Shown: one piece after another, positions 10,509 to 22,400 of the stretch
Layout: each line of letters starts with the position of its first letter
How positions within the stretch are numbered: position 1 is the first letter of the stretch
Source: an uncultured Ignavibacteriales bacterium
GTDB lineage: Bacteria > Zixibacteria > MSB-5A5 > GN15 > JAAZOE01
Direction: 5' to 3'
NCBI GenBank assembly: GCA_964526635.1
Contig: CAZGLR010000014.1
Coordinates: 1-40,520, forward strand
Length of the DNA: 40,520 bases
The notes under the pieces: generated by a model
What the model was told of the DNA's origin: nothing
Databases searched by the model: none
What the model saw: the letters and a program-made list of their open reading frames with translations, nothing else
Position numbers and translations under genes: made by a program

Positions 10509-11852
10509 ATGCAGGGACGGAAAACCAGACGGCAGGCGCAGGTACCAGCGGCAGTATCGGATAGTGAGATAGTATCCGGATTAGTCGCTGAACAACGATC
10601 GCATTCCGAATCACACCGAATACCGACAATAGCACTGCGGCGGCCTGCGGAATCCATATATCATGAAATCTTTGATAAATCCCCGGTAGGTATAGTCATT
10701 GCCAGCGGTGAATCGATTGCGCTGGCCAATCAGCGGGTGGTTGCCCTCTCAGGATATTCACGTGACGAACTGATGTCGCAACCATATATGGATCTTATCC
10801 ACTCCGACGATCGCAACCATATCCGCGATGTACGGATGCAACTCCTCGAGGGCAATCGCGATCACGCTACTTTTGAGTTCAGAATGCTGCACAAAGATGG
10901 CGGGATCCGATGGTTCGAGGGAAGTGCTGTCCCAATCATGTATGCCGGCCGGATCGCCACTCTGAACTACCTTCGTGATATCTCAGCGAAAAAAGAACTG
11001 CACATTGAACTCAAAGACAGCGAAGCCCGATATCGCTCCTTTGTCGAGAACTTCCAGGGCATAGCTTTTCGGTATACACGTGATTTTGTGCCATTATTCT
11101 ACCACGGCGCAGTTGAGGCGATTACCGGATACTCCGAGCGGGAGCTATTGTCCGGTCATCCCCAATGGTCCCAGATTGTCTATCGACCGGACCGTGAGAT
11201 GTTGACCCGGCAGGCGCAGCAAGTCCAGACCGTTGCCGGGATTTCTCTGGAGCGGGAATACCGGATTCAGACCAGAGATAATGAAATCAAATGGATCCGT
11301 GAGTCGATTCAAAATATACCTGACGACAACGGCAGTCCGATGTACATACAGGGCGCTATATATGATATAACCGAAAAGAAACGTTCCGAGCAGAAACTCC
11401 GGCAGACCTATGCCAATCTTGAGCAGGAGCGGGAAATCCTCAACCAGAAAAACCAAACCCTGAAGGACGTCCTTAATCAGATTCAAGAGGAAAAAAAGCA
11501 GCTTGCACTCGACATCCAATCAAATCTCAATCGCATAACCCTGCCATTGTTTACCATGCTTGAAGAACAATCCGATCCCGATAAAAAGGAATATATCGCC
11601 ATTATCAGAGAAGCGATCGGGAATATCACGTCACCATATTTGTCGCGTCTGGAGCAGTTGTATTCGCAGTTGACTCAGCGCGAAGTCGAGATATGTATGA
11701 TGATCCGGAGCGGGTTTACCTCCAAGCAAATCGCCCAGGCGCTAAATAATTCGGAACAGACCGTCCGCAAACAGCGTAAAATGATTCGCCGCAAACTGGG
11801 TATAGCCAATACCGACGTCAACCTGATGTCGTTCCTTAAATTATTGCGATAG
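10509..11852 (+). CDS. PAS-domain sensor fused to LuxR/FixJ-type HTH transcriptional regulator (one-component regulator)
   Basis: Two PAS-like segments; C-terminal LTQREVEICMMIRSGFTSKQIAQALNNSEQTVRKQRKMIRRKLGI is a LuxR-family HTH; no receiver domain; true start uncertain. Confidence 0.75.
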   Translation: MQGRKTRRQAQVPAAVSDSEIVSGLVAEQRSHSESHRIPTIALRRPAESIYHEIFDKSPVGIVIASGESIALANQRVVALSGYSRDELMSQPYMDLIHSDDRNHIRDVRMQLLEGNRDHATFEFRMLHKDGGIRWFEGSAVPIMYAGRIATLNYLRDISAKKELHIELKDSEARYRSFVENFQGIAFRYTRDFVPLFYHGAVEAITGYSERELLSGHPQWSQIVYRPDREMLTRQAQQVQTVAGISLEREYRIQTRDNEIKWIRESIQNIPDDNGSPMYIQGAIYDITEKKRSEQKLRQTYANLEQEREILNQKNQTLKDVLNQIQEEKKQLALDIQSNLNRITLPLFTMLEEQSDPDKKEYIAIIREAIGNITSPYLSRLEQLYSQLTQREVEICMMIRSGFTSKQIAQALNNSEQTVRKQRKMIRRKLGIANTDVNLMSFLKLLR

Positions 11853-12183
11853 AATGGCTAAGGTATCTTTCGCGACCATTCCCAACCACTGCTGTTTCGC
11901 TAATTAATAAAGATCCCCGGGGGTAAAGTATATACCCCGCATTGCCCTCATAATCCCCCCTCGGGAAATCGGATAATTCGGGCGAAAAAACGATAAAGGG
12001 CAAGGACGGCTGTATTCCGTCTGCTCCGGATCCTGGCTGACACCTGTGAATCGACATCAGAAGTACATCTGAATATAGGTTTGAATAGCGACCATTCCGG
12101 TCGGGGTTCCTGTTGTCAGCCGGAAGGCAAACGGATGTGACCACAATTTCAGGTAGATAGAGACATGAACAAAGGAGTCAATA

Positions 12184-13452
12184 ATGAAACGGGTGCTTCA
12201 GATTACTCTCATACTGCTTATCTGCGGTATGTTCAGTGCCGGTATTTTCGCAGGTGATGTTGTCAAGATCGGCTTGAATTATCCTAAGAGCGGTCCCTAT
12301 AGCGTGCAGGGTCTGGATCAGTTCCGGGCCGCCTCTCTGGCTGTTGAAGAGATCAACGCCAATGGCGGTATTCTCGGTAAGCAGGTCGAGCTGGCCTGGC
12401 GCAACAGCGAATCAAATGTCGATGTGTCCAAACAGAATGTCAAAGACCTGATCGATGTCGATCGTGTCAAGATGGTCTTCGGTGGATCATCGAGTGCGGT
12501 TGCTATTGCCGCCGGTGAAACCTGCCAGGAACGGGGTGTACCGTTTTTCGGGACCCTGACCTATTCCACGTCGACGACCGGTACCAAAGGTCATCGGTAT
12601 ACCTTCCGGGAATGTTATGATGCCTGGATGGCCGCCAACGCCATCGGCAATTATCTGAAATCGAACTTCGCCGGCAAAAAGTACATGTATATCACCTCCG
12701 ATTATACCTGGGGCTGGACTACCGAAGAATCGGTTCGTCAAATCACCGGTACGACCGATAAGGATGCGCACAAGAGTGTGCTGACACCGTTGGGCACGAC
12801 CGATTTCAATAAGCAGTTGTCACTGGCCAAGATGGTGAAGCCGGATGTTCTCGTGCTGGTACTTTTTGGTAAGGACATGAGCAACGCCATCCGCCAGGCA
12901 ACCGCCATGGGTCTGAAGTCCTCCTGCCAGATTGTCGTTCCGAACCTTACGCTGGGGATGGCCGAAGGTGGCGGTCCCAAGGTTATGGAAGGTGTTATCG
13001 GGGCGTTGCCGTGGTGCTGGAATGTCCCGTATCAGTACAATTATCCCCGGGGCAAAAAGTTTGTCGAAGATTATTCGGCCAAATACAGCCGCTATCCGAG
13101 CACATCCGGAGCGTCAGCCTATACCATCGTCTATGAATATAAAGATGCGGTCGAGCGCGCCGGCAGTTTTGACGGCTCACAGGTCGTGGCGGCGCTCGAA
13201 GGTCATACCTATCAACTTCTCAAGGATCCGCAGACATGGCGCGATTTCGACCATCAGTCGATTCAGACTGTCTTTGCGGTTAAATGCAAACCGCAGGCCG
13301 AGGTCATGAAGGACAAGTACCAACTCGATTATTTCGAAATTCTCAGTTCGATCGACGGCCCGAGTGCTGTGATCACCCGGGAGGCCTGGAACAAAGCCCG
13401 TGCCGAAGCCGGACTCCCGCCCGAACTGGAACCGCTGGTTAATACCCGGTAA
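12184..13452 (+). CDS. Periplasmic solute-binding protein, LivK/type-I PBP (branched-chain amino acid/amide/urea family)
   Basis: Signal peptide; VKIGLNYPKSGPYSVQGLDQFRAASLAVEEINANGGILGKQVELAWRNSESN matches the Peripla_BP_6 family; RBS aaaggag. Confidence 0.85.
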   Translation: MKRVLQITLILLICGMFSAGIFAGDVVKIGLNYPKSGPYSVQGLDQFRAASLAVEEINANGGILGKQVELAWRNSESNVDVSKQNVKDLIDVDRVKMVFGGSSSAVAIAAGETCQERGVPFFGTLTYSTSTTGTKGHRYTFRECYDAWMAANAIGNYLKSNFAGKKYMYITSDYTWGWTTEESVRQITGTTDKDAHKSVLTPLGTTDFNKQLSLAKMVKPDVLVLVLFGKDMSNAIRQATAMGLKSSCQIVVPNLTLGMAEGGGPKVMEGVIGALPWCWNVPYQYNYPRGKKFVEDYSAKYSRYPSTSGASAYTIVYEYKDAVERAGSFDGSQVVAALEGHTYQLLKDPQTWRDFDHQSIQTVFAVKCKPQAEVMKDKYQLDYFEILSSIDGPSAVITREAWNKARAEAGLPPELEPLVNTR

Positions 13453-13553
13453 ATATGAGCCGCTGCCGGAGGGTATGGTCAAACCATATCCTCCGGCCTG
13501 AGGCGGTCTCACATCCCTCTCACTAATAGCGTTGCAGAGCCTGGGGAGGCAGC

Positions 13554-15653
13554 ATGTTTAAGTGGAATATACGCGCTCAGATTCTTTCAACCGGTGTCGT
13601 CAGCCTGATTGTGCTGTTCGCGATTGTAGTGTATTTTTATGGCTTCACTGCCAAACGGTTCAGCCAGAATGTCGACGATATTATCTCGATCATAAATGAA
13701 CAATATGCCGCCAATACGTCGCAGGAACTCGAAAACCGCGCGATCACTTTTGATCAATGGACACGCGAAGATGTTTTTGGGCTGGCAATTGAATTCAATA
13801 CGACCAAAGAACTCGGGGAGCAGATGATCGGGTGGCAGGCGGAAGATCCCGAATTCATTCTGCTGGCGGTAGTTGATAAAAACGGCGATGTCATCGAGGC
13901 CGCCAACGGTTCTCAACTTCGGTCCGCCCATGAACTAAAAGGGCGACGTCTGGCCGATGCCGAGACTGTGCTGTCGGCCGGATCAAAGTCAGTGATCTTC
14001 ACGCAAAGCGCGGCCCTCGAGGCGCTGGGTGCTCAATCCAACGCCACCTATATGTTTGTCTATCCGGCCCGGGGGTCCGATGGCAACCGCGTGGGTGCCT
14101 TTATCGCCTATACCGGCTGGAACGGCGTCAACACTCTGACCCAGGCCAGCGCCGATAAACTCAATGCGCTTGAACTCAACGGCGCAGTTTCTTTCGTCGC
14201 CATCCCGGAGAAAAAACTCCTGATTAGTGCCTCCGATGGCGCTAATGGTCACGCTGGTGTCGACGCCTTTATCAATGAACACGCAGCGGCCGGTGCAAAC
14301 AAAGTGGTCGAGACCGAACTGGCCGGCGAAAATATGCTGGTCGGAACTACCCCGGTCAAATTGCCGGACAGCTTTGCCGCCGATTACAATACTGTCCAGC
14401 CGACATTCGTTTCCCTACTGTCTAAAAAAACAGTTATGGCTGCGCTCAACGATACCCTGACCAGAATCATTATACTGGCTGTTCTCAGTAACATCCTCAT
14501 TCTGGCCATCAGCTACTTTATCTCATCACGGATCTCGCGCCGTATTCGCAAAATTGCCGGCGTCGCCGATAAAATGGCCAAGGGTGATATCTCAACCGAA
14601 ATCGAAGTTACTTCCAACGATGAAATCAAAGATCTGGTGGTCTCCTTCAAAGAATTGTCCAGGTATATCGGTGATATGACCACCGCCGCCAACAAAATCG
14701 CCGCCAATGATCTGACTGTGACTGTCTGGCCTCGTTCAGAGCAGGATGAACTGGGTAAATCATTCCAGACAATGATCGAAAATTTGACCGGGATGATCAT
14801 CAGCCTGCAGGAGAACGCCCGTGAACTGAGCAGTTCGGCGACCGAAATAACTGCGACCTCGGAGCAGATGGCTTCGGGCGCCAGAAATCAGTCGCAGCAG
14901 ACGGCGCAGGTCTCATCGGCGATTCAGCAAATGAGCGCGACTATTATGGAATCGTCGCAAAACGCCGGCGTCGCCCGCGAAAGCGCCGAGAGCTCATCGG
15001 AAATTTCCGAAAAGGGCCGACTGACAGTATCATCGACTATCGATGGTCTCATCAAGATCACCGAGGCCGCCAATGATGCCCATCGCATTGTCAATGATCT
15101 CGCGCAGGCATCATTGCGCATCGGCGAAATCACCAGTGTTATCGATGATATCGCCGATCAAACCAATCTGCTGGCCCTCAATGCCGCTATCGAGGCCGCC
15201 CGGGCCGGGGAACAGGGTCGCGGTTTTGCTGTCGTGGCCGATGAAGTCCGCAAGCTGGCCGAACGGACCGGGAAAGCCACCGGCGAAATCAATGATATGA
15301 TCAATTCGATTCAGTCCGATTCCGAACGGGCGGTGCAATCGATGGAGCGGGCGTCATCGCTGGTCGAAGAGGGGAAGGAACATGCCGACGAAGCCGGTGT
15401 CAGCCTTAATGAGATCAATACTATGGCGATGCGCGTCAAGGATATGATCGTCCAGATCGCGGTTTCCACCGATGAACAGTCGGCTGCTGCGGAGGAAATC
15501 TCCAAGAATGTCGAACATATCGAAAATGTCGCTCGCGAGACCGCAGCCGGAGCCGATCAGTCGGCGTCGGCGGCAGAGAAATTAACGCAGCAGGCTGAAA
15601 ATCTGAATAAAATGATCGCGATATTCAAAGTGCAACACAAAACTTCGACCTGA
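13554..15653 (+). CDS. Methyl-accepting chemotaxis protein (paralog of 5403..7520 with a different periplasmic sensor domain)
   Basis: TM-periplasmic-TM-HAMP-MCP architecture; signalling tip identical at protein level to the first MCP over more than 35 aa; RBS ggggagg. Confidence 0.9.
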   Translation: MFKWNIRAQILSTGVVSLIVLFAIVVYFYGFTAKRFSQNVDDIISIINEQYAANTSQELENRAITFDQWTREDVFGLAIEFNTTKELGEQMIGWQAEDPEFILLAVVDKNGDVIEAANGSQLRSAHELKGRRLADAETVLSAGSKSVIFTQSAALEALGAQSNATYMFVYPARGSDGNRVGAFIAYTGWNGVNTLTQASADKLNALELNGAVSFVAIPEKKLLISASDGANGHAGVDAFINEHAAAGANKVVETELAGENMLVGTTPVKLPDSFAADYNTVQPTFVSLLSKKTVMAALNDTLTRIIILAVLSNILILAISYFISSRISRRIRKIAGVADKMAKGDISTEIEVTSNDEIKDLVVSFKELSRYIGDMTTAANKIAANDLTVTVWPRSEQDELGKSFQTMIENLTGMIISLQENARELSSSATEITATSEQMASGARNQSQQTAQVSSAIQQMSATIMESSQNAGVARESAESSSEISEKGRLTVSSTIDGLIKITEAANDAHRIVNDLAQASLRIGEITSVIDDIADQTNLLALNAAIEAARAGEQGRGFAVVADEVRKLAERTGKATGEINDMINSIQSDSERAVQSMERASSLVEEGKEHADEAGVSLNEINTMAMRVKDMIVQIAVSTDEQSAAAEEISKNVEHIENVARETAAGADQSASAAEKLTQQAENLNKMIAIFKVQHKTST

Positions 15654-15683
15654 CCAGTGTGTCGATGTTTATCCTTGCCAAGC

Positions 15684-15715
15684 GGGGCCGGTGGATCCGA
15701 CCGGCCCTTTTTTTT
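15684..15715 (+). terminator. Rho-independent terminator
   Basis: ggggccggt-ggatccg-accggccc hairpin followed by T8. Confidence 0.7.
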
Positions 15716-15898
15716 AGGGTATTGGGAATCGAGAGGCGTCAAGCGACGGACCTGCAAAAGATGAGGCTCCAAAAGAAAGGTCGCTCCGGTTTAACTGACT
15801 ATGGGCGAGTTTTGAATTAACCCGGATTACCGGGCATAGTATTTCCGAGCACTGGCGACAATCTATCGGGCGAATGTGGTCAGCCGGGGACTTACATA

Positions 15899-17029
15899 CT
15901 AATAGCGAATCTCAACGGCCAGTTCTATAAAGTGCTCCTTTACCACCGAACCATCGTTTACTTCGAGATGATCATAATCAAGCAGCACTTTTGAGTTTTT
16001 ATAGAAATAACAGGAAATCCCGACAATGAAGCGTTGCTTGTACCAGTCGGTCTCGACATAGTCGCTGTTAAAACGGTCATAGCGGGCAAAAAGCGCAAAA
16101 TCTTCAAATGGATACTTGAGTTCGAAAAAAACCGAATAGCCGTCCTGATCAACCGAGTTACCATTCTCGTCAACCATGTCGCCATCGAGATCGCCGACGC
16201 CATTGTAATACATTGAGGTTACTATCAGACGTTCAGTTTCGAGGGTTGCAAAACCAGCCAGAAACGAATAGTCCGGCGCCGCTTCAGTGTTGGACTTGCC
16301 GTAACCGCCGACAACGCTCAACTGTATGCCTGGTATGACATCAGGAAATGGTCGAAGCGACAGGCGACCTTCCAGAAGTTTATTTTCATTTTTCTCAACT
16401 GCCTCATAGCCGCCGCCATTGTACACGCCGAAGACCAGGCTGCCATATCGTCCCGGGTAGCTATTATTGACTTTATTCTGGTATTCCTTGTCAATTTTTC
16501 CACCAAGAAGAGTTCCGAAGGTGATGCCATAATCAGCCGACTTGACGATGCCATAGCGCTCGATAAACATGGTTCCCTGGACACGATACGGATTTATTTT
16601 CTGTTCGAAATCCAGCCACGGCCGGTGAACCAGACCAAACTCGAAATACATGTCGTGAAATATTGAAAAGGCGCCAAACGCGTATTTAATATACAAATAT
16701 TTCAACCGTATTTCGATATCCCCCTCGCCGTCGCCCTCCTGGTCCACGGCGATATCTTGAGTTACACGGGTCGAAAGTGACTGGTTGAATTTTTTCTTGA
16801 TTGTTACATACCCGCGCTTCAGTCGAAATTCATTCGATGATTCATCATCGGAATCTTCCATATCATATGCCAGAAACCATTGTCCGGAAAACGACATGCC
16901 ATCGGATATCACCTCAATTGGCGATTTGACTGCGGCTGAATCGGATGATTCTTCAGCGTTGATGATTTCAGCGAAAATGATTAATACAGCCAGCAATAAA
17001 ACGACCGCGAAGGGAGTTGCCTTGATCAT
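15899..17029 (-). CDS. Outer-membrane beta-barrel (porin-like) protein
   Basis: Signal peptide MIKATPFAVVLLLAVLIIFAEIINA; alternating beta-strand pattern; C-terminal ...LAVEIRY aromatic terminus typical of OMP barrels; RBS gagga before ATG at 17029. Confidence 0.6.
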   Translation of the reverse strand: MIKATPFAVVLLLAVLIIFAEIINAEESSDSAAVKSPIEVISDGMSFSGQWFLAYDMEDSDDESSNEFRLKRGYVTIKKKFNQSLSTRVTQDIAVDQEGDGEGDIEIRLKYLYIKYAFGAFSIFHDMYFEFGLVHRPWLDFEQKINPYRVQGTMFIERYGIVKSADYGITFGTLLGGKIDKEYQNKVNNSYPGRYGSLVFGVYNGGGYEAVEKNENKLLEGRLSLRPFPDVIPGIQLSVVGGYGKSNTEAAPDYSFLAGFATLETERLIVTSMYYNGVGDLDGDMVDENGNSVDQDGYSVFFELKYPFEDFALFARYDRFNSDYVETDWYKQRFIVGISCYFYKNSKVLLDYDHLEVNDGSVVKEHFIELAVEIRY

Positions 17030-17350
17030 GGTATCCTCATTGCCCATAGATCAACCCGGCACTATGATCCGGGAAGCCCCCGTACTCTGAAAGTGGGGCC
17101 TCCCGGCGATTACTCAAGATGCAGCGCCCCGAGTCTTAACGTTTTTCTAACACAACGCTAACAATATAAGGGATTTCGAGGAGAAGATCAATTGAATTGA
17201 CGCTTAGCCTAATGATATAGTTTTCGGTGCGAAAATATTGTGGAAATTCGTAAGTGTGATACCATCCGAGGGTTTTATTTTACTACGTTTTTAAGGCGAG
17301 CCCCTCACCCTGCTGTCCATAACTGCTTATTGTGTTGGCAGTTGATCGTT

Positions 17351-17377
17351 TACAGGACAGCCGGTTGCTCAACAGGC
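17351..17377 (+). other. Stable hairpin in the intergenic region between divergent OMP and OmpA-family genes
   Basis: gacagcc-ggttgctcaaca-ggctgtc perfect 7-bp stem followed by tcttttc. Confidence 0.35.
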
Positions 17378-17550
17378 TGTCTCTTTTCATCATAATCTAA
17401 AATCTGCAACAGGCCAAAATCAGTTGCCATTTCTAAATGATACGGCTATTTTCCCATATTACCGTGTATCAGCACCACGAACTACACCATGAAATAGGCT
17501 ATCTGGTAACATCACCATATGAGACAAGCCGTTGGGTGGAGGGTATTGTA

Positions 17551-19104
17551 ATGTTCAGGCAGACAAAGTGGTTTCTGTCAATATTGCTGTTGATGTTGGC
17601 GGCGCAGGCATTGGCCGCTGATTTATCCGAATATGAGAGAGTTGTAATATTGTATGATTCGGCCAGAGCCATAGAAGCGCCGGTATTCGCGCCGATTTCA
17701 TGGGGAGCGGCCGAAAAACTGAAAGTTGATATCGAAGATGCCATACGCAAGAACTATGGCCAGAAATCGCTGGATCGCAAGGTTGCCGAATTTCGGGAGT
17801 ACGTTGAAAACTCGCTCAAGGCCACCGAAGTATGTCTGCTTACACTTGGCGAATATCTGCCCCGGAGAAACAAGGCCATAGAAGCCGGGGCCCGGGAACT
17901 GGTGCCTGATCTGTTCAATGAAGCTGACCGTCAGTTAATCGGCGTTACCGCTCGTATTGAAGACGGAAACGTTAAGGGCGGTTTAAAAAATGTCGAAGAG
18001 GCCATGCCCTATTATGATCAGGCTGAGTTCGAAGCCATCCGCAAAGATATTCTCGGGAAATCGTGGGTCCTGATCGACAAGGCCGAAACTGATGAAGCCC
18101 GAAAATATGCTCTTTCGACACTCAATAAGGCCACAACCAACCGCGATCGGGCCGACCAAATTCTTCAGGCTGACCGGTATAACCGTGATGAAGCAATAAA
18201 ACATGCGCGCATCGCTGAATATGAAGCACGGCATGCCTCCAATATCGCTCAATCGGTACGGGCCCTGGAGCGCAATGATCAGGCCTGGGAAAAGCTGATG
18301 CTGGTTTATGAAATCCAGATGAATGCGGTCGGCAAATCTATCGGACTGGATCACTTGCCATTTGACAATGGCCCCCAGGCGGCGGCGGATACGCTTATTC
18401 TGTATATTGAAAGTCTTCAAAAGGAAAGCGAAACCCTCAGGGCGCGCCATGCCGAATTCAAACAGGCAGTGGCTGACAAAACAGCCAAACTGATGGCGAA
18501 ATTGAATGAGACATCACTCGATGATGATCCGCTGGCGATGATAAACGACCTTGACGTTCACCTGGCCAATCTGCTGGAATCATACAGCAGTATTCAGGCC
18601 GAATACGCCGCAACCCATGATCAATTGACCGAGATGTCCGCACAGCATGAGGCGGTCTCCGTCGAACTCGACGAACGGCTTGCCCGGGAGGAAAAATTCA
18701 AGGAAGCCAAGCGGACGCTTAATCCATCCGAGGGTGAAGTTCTGTTTAATTCCTCCAATGATATCGTCATCCGCCTTCACGGCCTGTCATTCAGTGTCGG
18801 CAAAAGCGACATTGTCGATGAGCACGTACCTATTTTGCGAAAATGCGAAAATATTGTTGCGATGTTTCCGGAGGCAAAACTGGTTCTCGAAGGCCATACC
18901 GATGCCACCGGCGACCCGCAATCCAATCTGCAATTGTCGGAAAAACGGGCTTATGCGGTTATGCAGTATCTGCGTCAGTCGATGCTGATTCCGGCCGAAC
19001 GGATATCGGCTATTGGCTATGGTTCGGAGAAACCGGTGGCGTCGAACCTGACCGACGATGGACGGGCCAAAAACCGCCGTATCGATATAATTATTATGCA
19101 ATAA
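17551..19104 (+). CDS. OmpA/MotB-family protein: signal peptide, long coiled-coil region, C-terminal OmpA peptidoglycan-binding domain
   Basis: ATG 17551 gives signal peptide MFRQTKWFLSILLLMLAAQALA; C-terminus LVLEGHTDATGDPQSNLQLSEKRAYAVMQYL...GYGSEKPVASNLTDDGRAKNRRIDI is canonical OmpA_C. Confidence 0.8.
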   Translation: MFRQTKWFLSILLLMLAAQALAADLSEYERVVILYDSARAIEAPVFAPISWGAAEKLKVDIEDAIRKNYGQKSLDRKVAEFREYVENSLKATEVCLLTLGEYLPRRNKAIEAGARELVPDLFNEADRQLIGVTARIEDGNVKGGLKNVEEAMPYYDQAEFEAIRKDILGKSWVLIDKAETDEARKYALSTLNKATTNRDRADQILQADRYNRDEAIKHARIAEYEARHASNIAQSVRALERNDQAWEKLMLVYEIQMNAVGKSIGLDHLPFDNGPQAAADTLILYIESLQKESETLRARHAEFKQAVADKTAKLMAKLNETSLDDDPLAMINDLDVHLANLLESYSSIQAEYAATHDQLTEMSAQHEAVSVELDERLAREEKFKEAKRTLNPSEGEVLFNSSNDIVIRLHGLSFSVGKSDIVDEHVPILRKCENIVAMFPEAKLVLEGHTDATGDPQSNLQLSEKRAYAVMQYLRQSMLIPAERISAIGYGSEKPVASNLTDDGRAKNRRIDIIIMQ

Positions 19105-19439
19105 ACCCGGAGCCCGGGCTGGATATTCATATCCGGGGCGACTACCGATCGCCCCGGTGTATGTAGAGCAGGAAATTGAGCTGAAATTACCTCTTCGTCT
19201 GCCCATATTCTCCGTTTTTCCCCCGTATATTGTAACAGTGAAGACGCACGTAAAGACTGCGCATGGCCATGTGGACTCAATGTTGGCAAAACAGCGCCAT
19301 CGGGGAAATCATTGACATAATTCTACAATAATTTATATTGTAATATATGTGGGGGAAGGCATTCCCCCGGTCCGCGTAGTACCGCACGCCGCCATGCGCA
19401 CTTACCGGATACTGCACGAGTAAAATTACGGGAGGAAAT

Positions 19440-22400
19440 ATGAGGCTTTTGACCGGCCTGGTTCTCATTCTGGGTCTTTTTCTGCTGGTCGCTTCGGCTG
19501 TGGCCGAAGAAAAGATCTACGGATCTAACACACTCCGACAAAACCCGGAAATTACGATTTACCAGGAAAATGACCGGGGTATTCCAACTTACATCGAGGG
19601 AGCACTCAGCGACGGGAGTACCGCCAAGGGCGGCGAGGTTGCCGAGACCTTCGCGTTTCTCGAAACTCACCGCGGGGCTTTCAAGATGGCCTCCCCGAGC
19701 GAGGAGATGAAGGTCGAACGGATGGATATCGACGAGTTCGATATGCGCCATGTTAGGCTCTCCCAAACGTATCAGGACCTGCCGGTTATCGGCGGTGAGC
19801 TTATCTCTCATTTCACTGCCGACGGCCGCCTGAAGACGATCAACGGCTACTATTATCATGATATATCCCTTGATCCGGTACCGCTGGTGCCATCAGAAGA
19901 GGCCATACGGATCGCCTCAGAGGATCTGGAAGTGTTTTTTGGCAAGGGCGAGCCAGATCAGCCGGAACTGGTGGTATTTCCCTGGGATGATACCTACTAC
20001 CTGGCCTGGCGGTTGTTTCTTTACTCCGATACGCCGATGGGCCGCTGGGAGTATTTCGTCGATGCCAAAACCGGCGATGTTATCTTCAATGCCAACCGGA
20101 TTATGAATGAAAATGATATCGGTACCGGATATGGTGTCATGGGAGATTTTCGTGACAGTATTGAGACCCATTACAGCGGCTCAACCTATCAGATGATTGA
20201 CCGGACCCGGCGGCTGAATAATAATCCGCATGGCCACGATGGTCAGATGCCGTCGACCAATGATATCCGGACGAACATCGCCGGGTCGAGTCTGCCGGGA
20301 TCGCTGGCTTCCGACCCGGATAATCTCTGGGATCAAAGCACTCAGGCGCCGGCTGTCGACGGTCAGGTGTATACCGGCCTGGTCTATGATTATCTGCTGC
20401 ATCACCTGGGACGCAATGGCTACAACAATGCCGGGGCGTCGATGTTGACGATTGTCAACTATTCCGGCGACGGCGACAACAATGCCTACTGGGATGGCTC
20501 CCGAATTGTGATCTGGAGCTGGTCGTCGGGGTGGCGGTCACTGGCTGGCTGTCCTGATGTGATTGCCCATGAATGGGGTCATGCCGTCACCGAATATACC
20601 TCCGGACTGGTGTATCAGAAAGAACCGGGTGCGTTGAACGAATCCTTCTCCGATATGATTGGAGCGGCATTTGAGTTCTATCATCCGGAACTGGATGTCG
20701 GTGATTGGGATATGGGCGAGAATGGCCGTACGACGGGTATCGGCTTCCGTTCCATGGATAACCCGCACGAAGCCAGCGATCCCGATTATTATGGTACCTC
20801 CGATCCCTACTGGATTGATGTGGAAGGCTGCTCACCATCGTATTACAACGATTACTGTGGTGTTCACACCAACAGCGGTGTCGGCAATAAATGGTTCTTC
20901 CTGCTCTCCGATGGCGGTTCGCATCATGGTGTCACTGTCACCGGTATCGGCGTACAAAATGCTATGCTGGTAGCCTATCGCGCCAACGCCATGTACTGGA
21001 ACTCCAACACCGATTATCATCAGGGAGCACTGGGGACGATTTCGGCGGCTAATGATCTCGATACCACCGGGACTTGGGCCCAGCAGGTTTCGGCGGCCTG
21101 GAATGCTGTCGGGGTTGCGACACCCGGACCGTCGCTGGCCTTTTCGTATCCCGATGGACTTCCCGAAACTCTGTTACCCGGAGAAGCGGCTACATTTAGA
21201 GTCATACCATCGGGGACTCTGGGTGGCACGCCCGTGCCGAATTCCGGGTATATTTATCTGTCGCTCGATGGCGGACCGTTTGTCAAGACCTCGATGCTGG
21301 ATCTGTTCTCGCATTATTCGGCGATGATTCCCGGAGCATCATGCGGCAGCGTGTATCGATACTACGTCAGTATCGATGAATCATCCAGCGGCACCGTCTA
21401 CGATCCTGATCCCTCCGCACCGATCGTCGCGTTTGTCGCCGATTCGGTTGTTTCGGTCTTCGATGACAGCTTCCAGACCGACCAGGGTTGGACAGTCACC
21501 GGCAATGCTGTCGAAGGTATGTGGCAACGCGCGATTCCATCCAATGGCGGATTCCGCGGCGATCCGGCCAGTGATTTCGACGGCTCTGGATATTGTTTTG
21601 TCACGGATAACGGCGTTGATCATGATATCGACGGCGGGACGACCTACCTGACATCGCCGACCTTCGATATGTCGGCAGGCGATGGTGTCATTAAGTATGC
21701 CCGCTGGTATTCCAATGACTTCGGGGCTTCGCCGTTTGCCGATGAAATGTATGTCTATGTTTCCAACAACGACGGTTCGAGCTGGACTCTGGTCGAAACC
21801 GTCGGCCCGGTCGAAGATGCCTCCGGTGGCTGGGTGGAAAAATCCTTTTTGGTGAGTGATTTTGTATCGCCGAGTGCTGCGGTGCGAATTCGTTTCGAGG
21901 CCGGTGATCTCGGTGATGGCTCGGTTGTCGAGGCGGCGATCGATGCCGTCAGTGTTACTGTCTTCGGTTGCGATCAGGCGCCGCCTGAACTCGATATCGT
22001 GACCGAGACAATCGATGACTGGACATCGGGCGTGGCCTTCAATCAGGTACTCGAATCCAGCGGCGGAACCGGTACGCATGTCTGGTCGGATATGTATAGT
22101 GAGCTGTCCGGAACCGGCTTAAGCCTGTCGGCCGGCGGTGAGCTTGCCGGCATGCCGGGTGATACCGGTCAGATTTCCTTTACTGCGTTGGTCGTTGATG
22201 ATGAAAGCGACAGCGCCATGCAGGTATATGATTTCATCATTAATCCGGCCGTCAGTATCACAACCGAAACGCTGGCGTCCTGTACCACCAACGTTGCCAT
22301 CACCCGGCAGTTAATTACCACCGGCGGTACGGGAACTATCATCTGGTCAGATCTTAACAATGATCTCGATGGCACCGGGCTGGCCCTGTCGACAAGCGGC

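Noticed and set aside
21381-22079. 232-aa antisense ORF within the M4 protease gene
   Set aside because: The plus-strand frame is continuous with the HEXXH protease and the dockerin; no independent start or RBS context
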